Below, one piece after another: positions 40,141 to 50,586 of a stretch of 64,000 nt of DNA (the first letter of the stretch is position 1; each line of letters opens with the position of its first letter). The notes under the pieces were generated by a model that was given only the letters and a program-made list of their open reading frames with translations, was not told the DNA's origin and did not search any database. The position numbers were made by a program, and so were the translations under genes. Source of the DNA: Nitrososphaeria archaeon. Its GTDB lineage: Archaea; Thermoproteota; Nitrososphaeria; JACIWG01. The stretch spans positions 1 through 64,000 of the forward strand of contig JBEKIG010000003.1 of the NCBI GenBank assembly GCA_050011875.1. Direction: 5' to 3'.

Positions 40141-40813
40141 TGTAGGTCATGAATTTTGTATCAGGCCTAAAATCGAACAAAAAATCTTCATAAACTTCAT
40201 TCATCATTCTTTGCTTTAAAATAGTCATAACATATTTGTTCAAACGTCCCTTGGTCCCAACGGAAAGGACAAAATAAAGTGGATGTACAAGTACAGTAAC
40301 CAGTTCAGATCTGTTAAGTTTCTTTTTTAAATCCTTCTTGAATCTCACATATCCTTCCTTAGCACCAAAGTTTCTTACGTAGTACAAGTCAAAATCAATA
40401 GGCGTTGGCATAACGAAAGTTTTAACTTGATAATTTGGAAAACCATAACCTTCCATATACTTAAGCCCTAGAGATTCCATGGTAACCCATGTGGCATCGC
40501 CGCGAAACCCAATAGTCGAGCCACAAGGTGTTACACCATTTATGTTTGCTACTCTTTCCTTCAAAAAGTTTAATTCGTTAGTAGAAGCAGGTAGTTTCGG
40601 ATCATTTGTCGTATTGATAAGGTGCAGCCCCACTTCCCATCCTTCACTCTCGATTTGCCTAAGATAATTGCAATATTTTTCTGAGTTCAGAAGATCTGTT
40701 CGCACGAAAAAAGTTGATCTCACTTTATACTTACGTTCAAGTGCAATTACCTTAGATATACCCCACTTTAGATCCCAAACTGTATCAACATCATGCCTTA
40801 ATCCTATGATCAA
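40076..40813 (-). CDS. Polysaccharide-deacetylase-like protein
   Basis: LRHDVD, RSTFF, EVGLH, LVHP. Confidence 0.8.
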   Translation of the reverse strand: MIIGLRHDVDTVWDLKWGISKVIALERKYKVRSTFFVRTDLLNSEKYCNYLRQIESEGWEVGLHLINTTNDPKLPASTNELNFLKERVANINGVTPCGSTIGFRGDATWVTMESLGLKYMEGYGFPNYQVKTFVMPTPIDFDLYYVRNFGAKEGYVRFKKDLKKKLNRSELVTVLVHPLYFVLSVGTKGRLNKYVMTILKQRMMNEVYEDFLFDFRPDTKFMTYIDAYYTISSNLPRQSSNNYVI

Positions 40814-41937
40814 AATTCGGAAACTCCTTTATAAATCTTATTTTTGAACGCATTCAATGTTAAACCGATTATAAACGCATATGTCCTGACAGACCTTACT
40901 ACGAATAATATAATCGGGTATCCAAAACGATCGTTATAACCATAGGTTTTATAATGACCCTTGAAAAAGCTCCAAAAAATTATTAAAACGAAAATTGATA
41001 CAAAGTATGTCGATGAATAAAACCGATTGTTCAAAATTAAAATCAGAAGTAAAATTGGATTCATGAAGTAAAAAACGTACTCCAGTAACTGGCTTAAGGG
41101 GCTGACCTTTAAGACTTGAAGCATGCTCCACCAATGCTTTGTAGCATAGCCTTTGACATAATTTATTGACTTAGAAATTGGTGAACGTAATCCCATATAC
41201 TTAACATCCTTCTTATCTAAGTGAAACTTTTGGGGGTCTTTTTTTCGATCTGTCAAATCGTATACATGGTTTAGGACAACTGTTCCGTCAATAACTACTC
41301 TGTACCCATGTTTTTCAAGTCTTGAACCAAGTTCCCAGTCTTCGTGAATCGAATTTGGTGGGCCCATATCTTCTCTATAGAACCCAACTTCTTCGAGTGC
41401 ATCCATCCTAAACAGAGTACAGGGTGACACTGCATTTACACTAGTTTGTGCTCCAATAAATCTTCCATAATTTAACTTTTCATCTATACGTGGATACTTT
41501 GGCATTGCGGGAAATGCGACCGCAGCAATATGCTGATCGGATAAAATAATTTCTAAGGCTTTCTTAAGGCAATTTTTTTCAAGTAATGTATCATCGTCGA
41601 CAAGCATAACAAATCTATCTGGGGAATGCCTTAATCCGTAGTTTCTTTCAATATCTGCATTGGGTGTTTCCAATAACTTTAAGTCCACATTCAAAGTACC
41701 TGTTTCTTTGACTTCATTTACGTATTTTTTAGCTTCATCGTCATTTGTGTCAGCAACAACAGTCGTACTTATTCTATCTCTGGGATAATCCAATTCAGCT
41801 ATCGAATGCAGTACGAGTTTAAGTGCTTGCCCCGCATAAAATGTAGGTATGACTATGCAAACATGTGGGAGAACAGACACGTATGGCTCTTTTGGATTCT
41901 TTTCTATGTTTGCTGAATTATTTAGCAAATGATTCAA
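40810..41937 (-). CDS. Glycosyltransferase GT2 with C-terminal TMs
   Basis: IVIPTF, RNYG, VDDD, HEDWELG. Confidence 0.9.
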   Translation of the reverse strand: MNHLLNNSANIEKNPKEPYVSVLPHVCIVIPTFYAGQALKLVLHSIAELDYPRDRISTTVVADTNDDEAKKYVNEVKETGTLNVDLKLLETPNADIERNYGLRHSPDRFVMLVDDDTLLEKNCLKKALEIILSDQHIAAVAFPAMPKYPRIDEKLNYGRFIGAQTSVNAVSPCTLFRMDALEEVGFYREDMGPPNSIHEDWELGSRLEKHGYRVVIDGTVVLNHVYDLTDRKKDPQKFHLDKKDVKYMGLRSPISKSINYVKGYATKHWWSMLQVLKVSPLSQLLEYVFYFMNPILLLILILNNRFYSSTYFVSIFVLIIFWSFFKGHYKTYGYNDRFGYPIILFVVRSVRTYAFIIGLTLNAFKNKIYKGVSEF

Positions 41938-42034
41938 GATATTAACTCAAGAAAATAAATTATGTCCATGTTCAGTACATTGTTCTCCTTTCTGCCTGAA
42001 CTTGATTAATATGAAGATAGACAACCTCGCATTT

Positions 42035-43111
42035 TTATAGGATCTTTTTATATATTTCGTATAATTTTTTAGAGACAACCTTTAGGGAATGAAATTCTAA
42101 AGCCCAGCGTTTCGTTAAGGTAACTTCTTTACGTTTCATCTCTTCGTCCAACATCATATCGAGTGTATATCTTGCAATATCTGGAGGAGAAAGATACGAA
42201 GGCATTGGAGGTAGATTTGGGTAGTACGGAAGTTTGTAGATGTTTTTATTCCAGAACGTCGAAATTGGTTTGCCTGCGGCCATGGCTTCTAGTTCAACAA
42301 GACCCAGTGCTCCGAATGCAAACTGTCCCCATACCACGGTGCTCTTTTTCAGATGATCGATGTATCCACCTCGCGATAACACCGGGAGCCATATTACCCT
42401 TTTATCATTTCTTAATTCTTCATAGAACCGAGGATAGTCAATACCCCACATTATTGTCTTTAGTCGGACTCTTTCGTCAAGTTTCCTTAATATCTTCCAA
42501 GCATCAAACGCTACCGATGTTTTTTTGGTTAATTCATCGTGCCTTGTAGGTAAGAAGACAGTAAATCTATCTTCATCTCCATGTTGGTTTTCATTTATCA
42601 TAGGGTCTATTGGACATGGCATATAGCTTGAATGCTCACGAGAACCTTTCCAAAATAAATAGTTGATAAGGTCTGGTGTGCTGACTAAATTCCAATTTTC
42701 TCTGAACATTCCATAACATGTACGTGCCACTTGTCTACTACCCCATCCACCATACTTGTAGAACTTACGTAGTTCCACACCATGAAAATAGCGTATAACT
42801 TTAGCTCGGTTTAACTTCACTAGAATTGAATTTATGACACCCCCTCCTCCATGAAGATGGATGATTTCAAATTTATCCTTGTTTAGAAGACGTGCAATAT
42901 CAAAATAATTTATTGGTCTTTCCATTCGAAAGCGACGAATATCTACATTAAGTGGGTTTCCAGAATCATATCCGTAAGTTAGCTTTCTCTCCCAATCATC
43001 CCTTGATGTGGAGGGCATAAAGAGAGAACTCTCTATTCCAAAGTATTTCTCTACACCGTAAGCTAGAAGATAAGGGACATTTACAGTATTGTAGAAATGT
43101 GCTACCTTCAT
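42035..43111 (-). CDS. Glycosyltransferase, GT-B fold (GT4-like)
   Basis: IIHLH, FHG.ELR, GQFAFGALGLVELEAMAAGKP. Confidence 0.85.
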   Translation of the reverse strand: MKVAHFYNTVNVPYLLAYGVEKYFGIESSLFMPSTSRDDWERKLTYGYDSGNPLNVDIRRFRMERPINYFDIARLLNKDKFEIIHLHGGGGVINSILVKLNRAKVIRYFHGVELRKFYKYGGWGSRQVARTCYGMFRENWNLVSTPDLINYLFWKGSREHSSYMPCPIDPMINENQHGDEDRFTVFLPTRHDELTKKTSVAFDAWKILRKLDERVRLKTIMWGIDYPRFYEELRNDKRVIWLPVLSRGGYIDHLKKSTVVWGQFAFGALGLVELEAMAAGKPISTFWNKNIYKLPYYPNLPPMPSYLSPPDIARYTLDMMLDEEMKRKEVTLTKRWALEFHSLKVVSKKLYEIYKKIL

Positions 43112-43373
43112 ATTGTGTTCTTAGCGAATATGTCTGTTTTTCTATTCTGCTGCAAGTTTTTTATTAAGTGTTTATTGAGTGAATGTTCTTTTGATTTCTC
43201 TAATACCAAAATGCTTTTTTCATTAAATAAGGTACTTAGTTCTTTTAAATCAATTACTCGCATTCAAAAAACCTACACGATAGAAAGTGACAATCAGAAT
43301 AAGAATATTTTGAGTTCTTCTGAAACGTTATCATGCTCCTTTCTTATCGACAACATCCTCAAATACCAAGTTT

Positions 43374-44369
43374 TCATGCTTTCAGCCAGCTAATAGCACT
43401 TGCAAGATAGAGAGCATCGCAGTGTGCGCACACAGTAATCCTATTTCCTTGTCCTTTCATGTGAAGCTTTTTAACATTATCTAATGTCTTCGAGCTTAAT
43501 ACCTTATTGAGGCTTTGTTTAGATAAATCCCCTAGCTTGATTGAGCAATTGTAGTCCATATTACATAATGGAACATTTCCATCAGCCATAACTGCTATCT
43601 GTTCCCATAGATGTCTACAAGGAAAAGCGTAATTAGTCTTCAATTCTAATGACTTTGGTATTGCACCCATTGTTCTGTCAGGGCACACTTCACAGTTATC
43701 GGCATAACGTTCACTAAAACTCTTAAATGCCGCAACCTCGCCTATATTGTCACTAGTTATAGCCATATTGAACTGAATCAAAGGTTTCTTTCTCGAACTC
43801 CTATTTCTCGCTTCAATAAGATTGAGTGCATTCTTTATGACCATATTGAAATCGGCGCCTCTTCTAATCTTTTCGTAAGTTTTTTTAGTAACACCGTCAA
43901 TGCTTATGACGATCAAATCTATCCCCGAAGACAGTAGTTTCCCGATCTTATCATCGGTTAAGAGGGTCGCATTAGTGAACATACTAACTATCAAATTTTT
44001 ACTTTTGGCATATGCAATCCTATCGAATAGCAATGGATCTAGAAGTGGTTCGTTATAGAAATTTAGAGTAATATGTGTGATACCAAATAACGAACACTGG
44101 TCGATTATTTTTTTATATAGTGACATATCCATGACAGTGGTTCCCCTAGATTTCTGGCCTTGTCTCTCCAAAGTAGTAGGGCACATCCGGCATCTTAGGT
44201 TACATGCACTGCATGTTTCGATAAGCATTAATTTTGGCGTTGGAAATGAGTTTGACCTTATTTTGGCGATTTTCGAATATATTAAGGGATACATATGTCC
44301 GATAAACGGCATTTGAATCAATGAGAATACTTTTCGTTCAGTGATGAGTAATGACAGGGATTTTGTCAA
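43374..44369 (-). CDS. Radical SAM / SPASM domain protein
   Basis: CNLRCRMC, NEPLL, TNATLL, SIDG, and PC..LW......DG.V..C..D...CAHC. Confidence 0.92.
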   Translation of the reverse strand: MTKSLSLLITERKVFSLIQMPFIGHMYPLIYSKIAKIRSNSFPTPKLMLIETCSACNLRCRMCPTTLERQGQKSRGTTVMDMSLYKKIIDQCSLFGITHITLNFYNEPLLDPLLFDRIAYAKSKNLIVSMFTNATLLTDDKIGKLLSSGIDLIVISIDGVTKKTYEKIRRGADFNMVIKNALNLIEARNRSSRKKPLIQFNMAITSDNIGEVAAFKSFSERYADNCEVCPDRTMGAIPKSLELKTNYAFPCRHLWEQIAVMADGNVPLCNMDYNCSIKLGDLSKQSLNKVLSSKTLDNVKKLHMKGQGNRITVCAHCDALYLASAISWLKA

Positions 44370-44403
44370 GATTTAGGACTCTGTAATGGTTTGTTAAAGC
44401 GAC

Positions 44404-44443
44404 TCTTTAATGTTAGGATTATTTCTTTAATGTTAGGATTATT
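44404..44443. repeat. 20-bp perfect tandem duplication
   Basis: tctttaatgttaggattatt twice, upstream of the radical SAM gene. Confidence 0.9.
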
Positions 44444-44595
44444 GTTTGGCGGTAAATTTGGAAAATAAGTAGGTTTTCCTTTGGTTTTTCCAGCACAAAA
44501 ATGCTCTTTCTGTCAAATAGAGTACTTACGCTTTTAGATTAATTATTTTCATTTAAAAAATCCAAACGGTGGGGAAGAATAAATTATAAAGGAAA

Positions 44596-45450
44596 TCAAG
44601 ATACTAATATTTTACGCTTAAAAGTTCTGAGAGCAGCATATTGATAGATCTTAGCTAATTCGTCTGAAACAGGATCGCTTTCCTTTATTTTGGACTTCGT
44701 TCTTAAATAACCAATAAAGTATGAAAAATCCTTTTTTCGAACGGTCTTATAGATAACCCACCAAAAAGGCAATCCATGGTAAGCGTCTGCAACCCCTTTC
44801 ATTATTCCCCTGAAGTAGCTAACGTTCCTGAAGGTCCAGGACATTGCACAAGGGATAGGATATACATAATTTCCCATTGAGAGGGTTAACAGTATGTGAT
44901 CAAAATCCCATGAGGCAAGTTTCCTAATATCTGATATGTTATTCAATTTGAGCCAATGATTTCCCTTATATAAGCGATTAGATCCCCAGAGCATGATTTT
45001 TATTTTATCCAAAGGAAAAGAATCATCGTTAAGCCCAATAGGTTCAAGAGTACCAGCAGTTATACAAAGTCTGGGGTCTTTATGGAAATATGGTATTAGC
45101 TTCTCAAAATATCTTTTTTCAATTACAACATCGGACTCTATTACTGCTACGTAGTCTATATTTGATGATGTTTCCTCCAGGGTTTTGTTAAGATGCCAAT
45201 AGACATTATTAATATTCCACTTTCCCAGTTCAGAATATCTTTTAATGTTTATAATCGAGAAGTCTATTCCGCTCGGTTTAAGGATATTCTGAGCAATTTC
45301 TAAGCTTCTGTCTGTTGAATCATTGTTACCGATAATTACTTTTGAAGGTTTAACAGATTGTTTTAGCAAACTATCTAGCATGAAAGAAATTCTTTCTTCC
45401 TCATTAAATACAGGTGTCAGGACCGCTATCTTTGGTTCCATGCAAACCAT
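44596..45450 (-). CDS. Glycosyltransferase GT2
   Basis: LTPVFNEE, NNDSTDRS, IESD, SWD. Confidence 0.88.
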   Translation of the reverse strand: MVCMEPKIAVLTPVFNEEERISFMLDSLLKQSVKPSKVIIGNNDSTDRSLEIAQNILKPSGIDFSIINIKRYSELGKWNINNVYWHLNKTLEETSSNIDYVAVIESDVVIEKRYFEKLIPYFHKDPRLCITAGTLEPIGLNDDSFPLDKIKIMLWGSNRLYKGNHWLKLNNISDIRKLASWDFDHILLTLSMGNYVYPIPCAMSWTFRNVSYFRGIMKGVADAYHGLPFWWVIYKTVRKKDFSYFIGYLRTKSKIKESDPVSDELAKIYQYAALRTFKRKILVS

Positions 45451-45473
45451 TTGAATTTCTGATTTTAGTTATA

Positions 45474-47258
45474 TCAGCCTTGTACTGATATTACTAAATG
45501 AGTATCACTCATGTATACGATGTCGCTGATTGATGATTGGTTCAATACCGCTTCCTGCTGCAGCCTTGCTATTGTTAGTATAAATAAGGCTTGTCCATAA
45601 TCTCTAAATGTACTCTGCCCATCCAATATACTATATATTATCTGCCTTACAGGCTTGTATAGACCTAATGATATAGTGATATCATAATCACTGTACACTG
45701 TTATATTTTGTTTTAAGAGGCCTAAAAGGTCATTTGACTGTATATATGTATCATAAGGGTGTATGGTAGAGGAAACTTCAAAATTAGGGTGCTCTGTGGT
45801 AGCATATTCTGGGCTGTAGGATCCCAGAGCCACCATTGACGCTAGTAGAATAACAATTATTATGACTGGAAATATTTTAAACTTCTCTAAGGTCAGATCT
45901 ATGGCAATTACGGATGATAGCATAGCTAAAAAGAATGCTACGGGCAACATGTATTGAGCCGATCCAGATCCGATCACGTAGCCTGAAAAAGCAAAAGCAA
46001 TGAAAAGGATTGAAGATATCGCAGATGAAAAACCTAGGTTAATCTTCGCCCCACTTAAAACAGATTCAGTCGGTTTTTTTCTCAAAAAGAAAAATATGAG
46101 TGCCAGGGCAAGCGATGCTGCTATCGCGAATGGGACGGCCCATGCGTAAGAGAATATCCTAAAACTAGGATCACTGTAACCTGGAGCAATTAAACTGGTT
46201 ATGGTAGTGCCTCCTATTACCTCTCCCGCTTTTCCACCCAGTAGCATACTAACAAAGCCGATGCCAGCATCATAGAGACTCTTCGCATCTCCAAGAACTA
46301 GGGTTGAAAGGTACAAGTTGAACCAGTACGCTGAAGTAATTAGAAGAGTTATCTTCAGCGCTTTATCCATACCCTTTATGCTGGTGAATTTCAAAAGGGG
46401 AATTAGGGAAGATACTACAAAAAGGCCTATTAGAGTTATTGGCGCTATCGGGTGAGCGAAGACGCCTACTATTATCGGCAATATCATTAGACTAATCGTT
46501 TTGCGGCTGGGCTGTACAGTGTTCATCATTAGAAGCAATAGAACAAGGAACATGTAAGGGAGAGGTAAACCTATTCTCCCTATCACGACAGATAAATTGG
46601 GTATTGATATTAAGAGCATAAGCCCAGGTAGAGATTTATCCGCCCCAATCTTTCTTAGTAGCACCCAAAACATGAGAAACGAGACAACTAATTGGACTGT
46701 GGGATAAATGATGTTAATTCCTGAAGTCGTCAGATTAGTTATTAAACCAAAGGGGACCATTAAAAGGTCATAAATGGGTATAAAATAATACAATCCTTCT
46801 GCTTCTGCTGAGGCGAAACCAGTTTGATATGCCGTTACGTTACCGCTTGTGTAGAGAGGTAATATGCTGAGAGTAGAAGGTGGATACATATGATTCCAGA
46901 CGAAGAGGGAAATTGTAGGTGTCAGTACCGCTACAACCATAGCGAAAAGAAGTACGGAAAATTTCCCACGAAAGACTGTATAGACTACGAATAAACCTGA
47001 TAACACACCCTCCATGATGAAGAAAATAATAGGCCTAACAGCTTCATTACCTATTGGTAAAACTGATGAGATAGCTGTGATAAGAGTCAGTAATATTACA
47101 ATGATATCAAGTAGTTTAGCTGATCTTAAACTAATTCTCGGTTTAGACCTTCCCTTACCCCATAAACTGTAGATAAGAGTTGGAACTAACAGTAGTACAA
47201 GTACAATTCCTTCATACATGATGGCTTCTGTAAACGTTTTAGGTTGAAGTATAGACAA
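45474..47258 (-). CDS. Multi-pass membrane protein (possible GT-C/polymerase-like)
   Basis: More than 12 hydrophobic segments, 'YYFIP', 'FAHP'; located in the glycosylation operon. Confidence 0.65.
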   Translation of the reverse strand: MSILQPKTFTEAIMYEGIVLVLLLVPTLIYSLWGKGRSKPRISLRSAKLLDIIVILLTLITAISSVLPIGNEAVRPIIFFIMEGVLSGLFVVYTVFRGKFSVLLFAMVVAVLTPTISLFVWNHMYPPSTLSILPLYTSGNVTAYQTGFASAEAEGLYYFIPIYDLLMVPFGLITNLTTSGINIIYPTVQLVVSFLMFWVLLRKIGADKSLPGLMLLISIPNLSVVIGRIGLPLPYMFLVLLLLMMNTVQPSRKTISLMILPIIVGVFAHPIAPITLIGLFVVSSLIPLLKFTSIKGMDKALKITLLITSAYWFNLYLSTLVLGDAKSLYDAGIGFVSMLLGGKAGEVIGGTTITSLIAPGYSDPSFRIFSYAWAVPFAIAASLALALIFFFLRKKPTESVLSGAKINLGFSSAISSILFIAFAFSGYVIGSGSAQYMLPVAFFLAMLSSVIAIDLTLEKFKIFPVIIIVILLASMVALGSYSPEYATTEHPNFEVSSTIHPYDTYIQSNDLLGLLKQNITVYSDYDITISLGLYKPVRQIIYSILDGQSTFRDYGQALFILTIARLQQEAVLNQSSISDIVYMSDTHLVISVQG

Positions 47259-47308
47259 TTAATTCCAAAGTCTCCTTATTTCTACATTCCACCTAATACT
47301 TTCTTCAC
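47191..47308. repeat. 118-bp direct repeat, copy 1 (copy 2 at 48387-48504)
   Basis: agtagtacaagta.aatt.cttcatacatgatggcttctgtaaacgttt...attccacctaatactttcttcac occurs twice, 1196 bp apart. Confidence 0.92.
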
Positions 47309-48309
47309 TTATCATGGATTTCCTGGATGGTTTTTTTTATTTGCCTCTCAAGTTCGACTGCTTTGTCCTGAACTTTACTTCTATAGAATTGGTAGTTGCT
47401 CAACAACACGTTTTCTGCGTCAAGAAGGGAGGATGGTTGATGGACATCAAAGTAGACAGCACTGTCCCCTAGTACTGATTTCAATGCCAAAGTATTAGAA
47501 GCCAAAATAGGTTTTCCGCAGGCTAATGCTTCAAAAGACGAACATTGTGCGTCTAGGTCACTGGTTGTCGCCGATAGGACGAATTTACTGTTCAAGAGAA
47601 TCCCCAAATAAGCCCCATAATCCAAATACCCAGTAAAAAAGACGTTTTTACCAATACCAAGTCTTCGAATCGAGGCAAGTATACGGGGTGGAGGTCGACC
47701 AGTCACAACTAATGGTATAGAAATTTGCAAACTATCCCACATGTGTATCAAGTCGTTAATTGGTTCGTCGGGGTGCCAGCTAGCAGGAAATAACGCATAT
47801 TCATCTAATCCCAAATCCATTTTGCAATCTGTATCCTTAACTAACTCTTGTAAAGTATAAAATGGGTCATAGAGTACAGTGGCTTTTGGAGCTAGTTTTT
47901 TTGGGAGGAGGAAATAGTTTGTCTCGTTATGTAATAGAATCACGTCGACATATTCAAGAAGACCCTTGAAAGGGGCATTTAAAATGCCGTGCTTGCTGAA
48001 TTCAAATTGTGCCGTCAGAAAGCCTGTATGCACATCGGCAATCAACTTGAAGCCCTTTTTGAAACTCTTCATCATTAAGACTGAAAGTAGTAAGGGTCCA
48101 GTCGGCAGTTGAACAACTACAGAATGCGGCTTAACTGTCTCTAGTTGGTCATTAATCTTCGCGGCTAAATCAATGTAGGGAGGGCTAGATCGTATTAGGC
48201 AGAGCTTAGCACCTAGTGCTTTTGCTAACAATATACTTCTTGTAGTAAGTACATTTAGAGCGAAAACAATTTTTCGCTGTTCCATTTTATCAAGCTTAGG
48301 TAATAACAA
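47305..48309 (-). CDS. Glycosyltransferase GT4-like
   Basis: IADVHTG, PASWHPDEP, FTGYL, SFEALACGKPILAS. Confidence 0.85.
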   Translation of the reverse strand: MLLPKLDKMEQRKIVFALNVLTTRSILLAKALGAKLCLIRSSPPYIDLAAKINDQLETVKPHSVVVQLPTGPLLLSVLMMKSFKKGFKLIADVHTGFLTAQFEFSKHGILNAPFKGLLEYVDVILLHNETNYFLLPKKLAPKATVLYDPFYTLQELVKDTDCKMDLGLDEYALFPASWHPDEPINDLIHMWDSLQISIPLVVTGRPPPRILASIRRLGIGKNVFFTGYLDYGAYLGILLNSKFVLSATTSDLDAQCSSFEALACGKPILASNTLALKSVLGDSAVYFDVHQPSSLLDAENVLLSNYQFYRSKVQDKAVELERQIKKTIQEIHDK

Positions 48310-48477
48310 CTAAGTGCTTTTTACTATTATAAATTGCATTATTGTCATATACTTGAATCACTACCCTCTCCTGCTGCAATCTCCTGAGTAGTACAAGTAA
48401 AATTGCTTCATACATGATGGCTTCTGTAAACGTTTCAGGTTGGAGTATAGCCAATTAATTTCAAAGTCTCCTTATTT

Positions 48478-49521
48478 CTATATTCCACCTAATACTTTCT
48501 TCACCGAATATTTCAGAGTCGATTTTCGAGAGAGGATGTTGCCTATTAAAAGCAAATACTTTCTTGAATCCTGCGAACTTCTAGCCAAGTTCGCTAAAAT
48601 CTGGAGATGTGTATTCGTGCCAAGTTTTATTGGAAAGTCTCCTTCAAGCATCTTTTCTGAAGCCTTTCTTTCTATTAGAGCCCATCGACTTGTGTTCGTC
48701 TTCCCCATTTTTTCAAGGACGTGTGAATCATCCAAAGCTAGCGCATCGATCTTCAACCCTACAGAAACTAGTTCTCTCGAAAGGCCGATTTCAGAAAAAA
48801 CAGCTCGTGTATCCGTCAAGCTATATTTTTGAAACAGCATTAAAGAATCATATATATCACTCAACTTAAGTTCAGCTTCTTTAACTAACGAATGTAAAAC
48901 CCTTATGATTGCTTCCAGCATATCATCAGGCGTATGAATGGTTAATTTCCTATCCCCCAAGTTGATGCTCTTTTCTACCGTATATTTGAAAATCAGTTCC
49001 GGTTTAAGGTAGCTCACCCCTGCAACGGTCAGGTCAGTATGTAGGTCCAATATTATGGGGTTCCCTTTAATTATCAGGCCAGTGGCATATTTCTTCCTGG
49101 TATCGTCAATTAAGTAAAACCCGCTGTTCAACAAAAATGTGATTGTTTTAGGTAAGTCTTCCAGAGGGACAATAAAATCTGAATCTACGCCCACATAGCC
49201 GCTCGGACAGTAGGTCTTAAAGATCGCATATGATATATTGTGTCCGTCTAGGACAGATACCGCTCTCTCAACCATTTTGTCCCTATACCTTGCCAAAATT
49301 TTATCCTTCTCAACCATCGGACCCAGTTCGTTTAGAAGGCCTTGATTTCTCATTTCTCCTTTCATTGAGCTAAGGTACTTGTGCGCGGCAACATGGATCC
49401 TGTTCTTGGCCAATATATCTGAGAGAGCTTTAACGTTTTCGATCGGAATTTTAGGCGGAGGTGTGTTATGATATATGCTCCTGGTTATTTCAAGAGCTTC
49501 GAAACCTAGATTACTGGGCAT
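48478..49521 (-). CDS. Pol-beta-superfamily nucleotidyltransferase (NTP_transf_5-like)
   Basis: 'YAIFKT.....VGVDSDFIV' DxD motif and 'LDLH'. Confidence 0.75.
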   Translation of the reverse strand: MPSNLGFEALEITRSIYHNTPPPKIPIENVKALSDILAKNRIHVAAHKYLSSMKGEMRNQGLLNELGPMVEKDKILARYRDKMVERAVSVLDGHNISYAIFKTYCPSGYVGVDSDFIVPLEDLPKTITFLLNSGFYLIDDTRKKYATGLIIKGNPIILDLHTDLTVAGVSYLKPELIFKYTVEKSINLGDRKLTIHTPDDMLEAIIRVLHSLVKEAELKLSDIYDSLMLFQKYSLTDTRAVFSEIGLSRELVSVGLKIDALALDDSHVLEKMGKTNTSRWALIERKASEKMLEGDFPIKLGTNTHLQILANLARSSQDSRKYLLLIGNILSRKSTLKYSVKKVLGGI

Positions 49522-49522
49522 T

Positions 49523-50584
49523 TTAATTGTACAACTTTTCAGAAATTTCTGTTGAAACCTTCTTCCAAGTGTAATCGTATCTTCTTTTTACCCCGTTAGG
49601 CTTTTCAAGCATGTCCGATATACTCTTCCCAACCTCATCGGCATCATAACCATGCACGATTCTAACGTTGTAATCGGCAAAATTATAGCCCCACGGTTTC
49701 GAAACAACAACGGGTAAGCCTATGCCAAGAGCTTCTGCGGTTACTATACTAAATGCCTCGTATAAGGATAGATTTGCAAAGAGACTTGAATTGCTCAAAA
49801 GTTCAAGATATTTTTTTCTCGGGAGAAAGTCATAATATTCAACTTGCAGTTGCAATCTCTTTGCCATTTCAAGGACGTTGGGAAGGTAGCTTCCATTCCC
49901 TACAATGCGGAAGGTAATCTTCTGTCCTAGCATCTGTTGAGCCTTTAAAATCGCTTTAGCTAACACATGAACCTGCTTGTATTCCTCTATCCTACCGGCG
50001 TACATCACCGAAGGTGTTTCTGGCTGTTTCCATCTATATAAGAAAGTATCATCTGAAATTCCATTTGGTATGATTATCGGTTCCACCTGAAAATCTCTTC
50101 GAAGTAGTTTTGATTCGAACAACGATACAGCATGTACCTTATCTGCTCGCTGAAGCGTTTTCCTTGCTAATGGTTTGTACAATTTCCACATCAGACGGGT
50201 TTGAGAATTACTTCCACCCTCATGATGGTGAGGTGAAACAATTAGTTTAGAGTCAAGGTGCAGGAGAGCATGAGAAAAGACGGTGACAGGCACCGTGAGC
50301 GCCCCAATATTATGCACGTGAACGACGTCCGCATCTATTTTTCGTAGCAAACCTGTTAGTTCCGGTGACGGGAAAAAATAATTGTTAGATGGGGCCACTC
50401 CAGCTATCCTAATAACTTCCACCCCATCGAATAAAATCTCTTGTTTAAGGGATCGATGGAGCCTTAAAGTCATAACGGTTACCTGATCACCCGATAGCGT
50501 AAGCTCCCGTGCCAAGTTTTCAATTACGTTTGAGAGTCCTCCACGGTATGGAGGAAATGAATGGCTGACTAAGAGAATTTTCAG
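49523..50584 (-). CDS. Glycosyltransferase GT4
   Basis: Frame extends upstream of 50515 to (L)KILLVSHSFPPYRGG; GRIEEYK and EAFSIVTAEA motifs; start inferred at CTG 50584. Confidence 0.88.
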   Translation of the reverse strand: MKILLVSHSFPPYRGGLSNVIENLARELTLSGDQVTVMTLRLHRSLKQEILFDGVEVIRIAGVAPSNNYFFPSPELTGLLRKIDADVVHVHNIGALTVPVTVFSHALLHLDSKLIVSPHHHEGGSNSQTRLMWKLYKPLARKTLQRADKVHAVSLFESKLLRRDFQVEPIIIPNGISDDTFLYRWKQPETPSVMYAGRIEEYKQVHVLAKAILKAQQMLGQKITFRIVGNGSYLPNVLEMAKRLQLQVEYYDFLPRKKYLELLSNSSLFANLSLYEAFSIVTAEALGIGLPVVVSKPWGYNFADYNVRIVHGYDADEVGKSISDMLEKPNGVKRRYDYTWKKVSTEISEKLYN

Positions 50585-50586
50585 AC

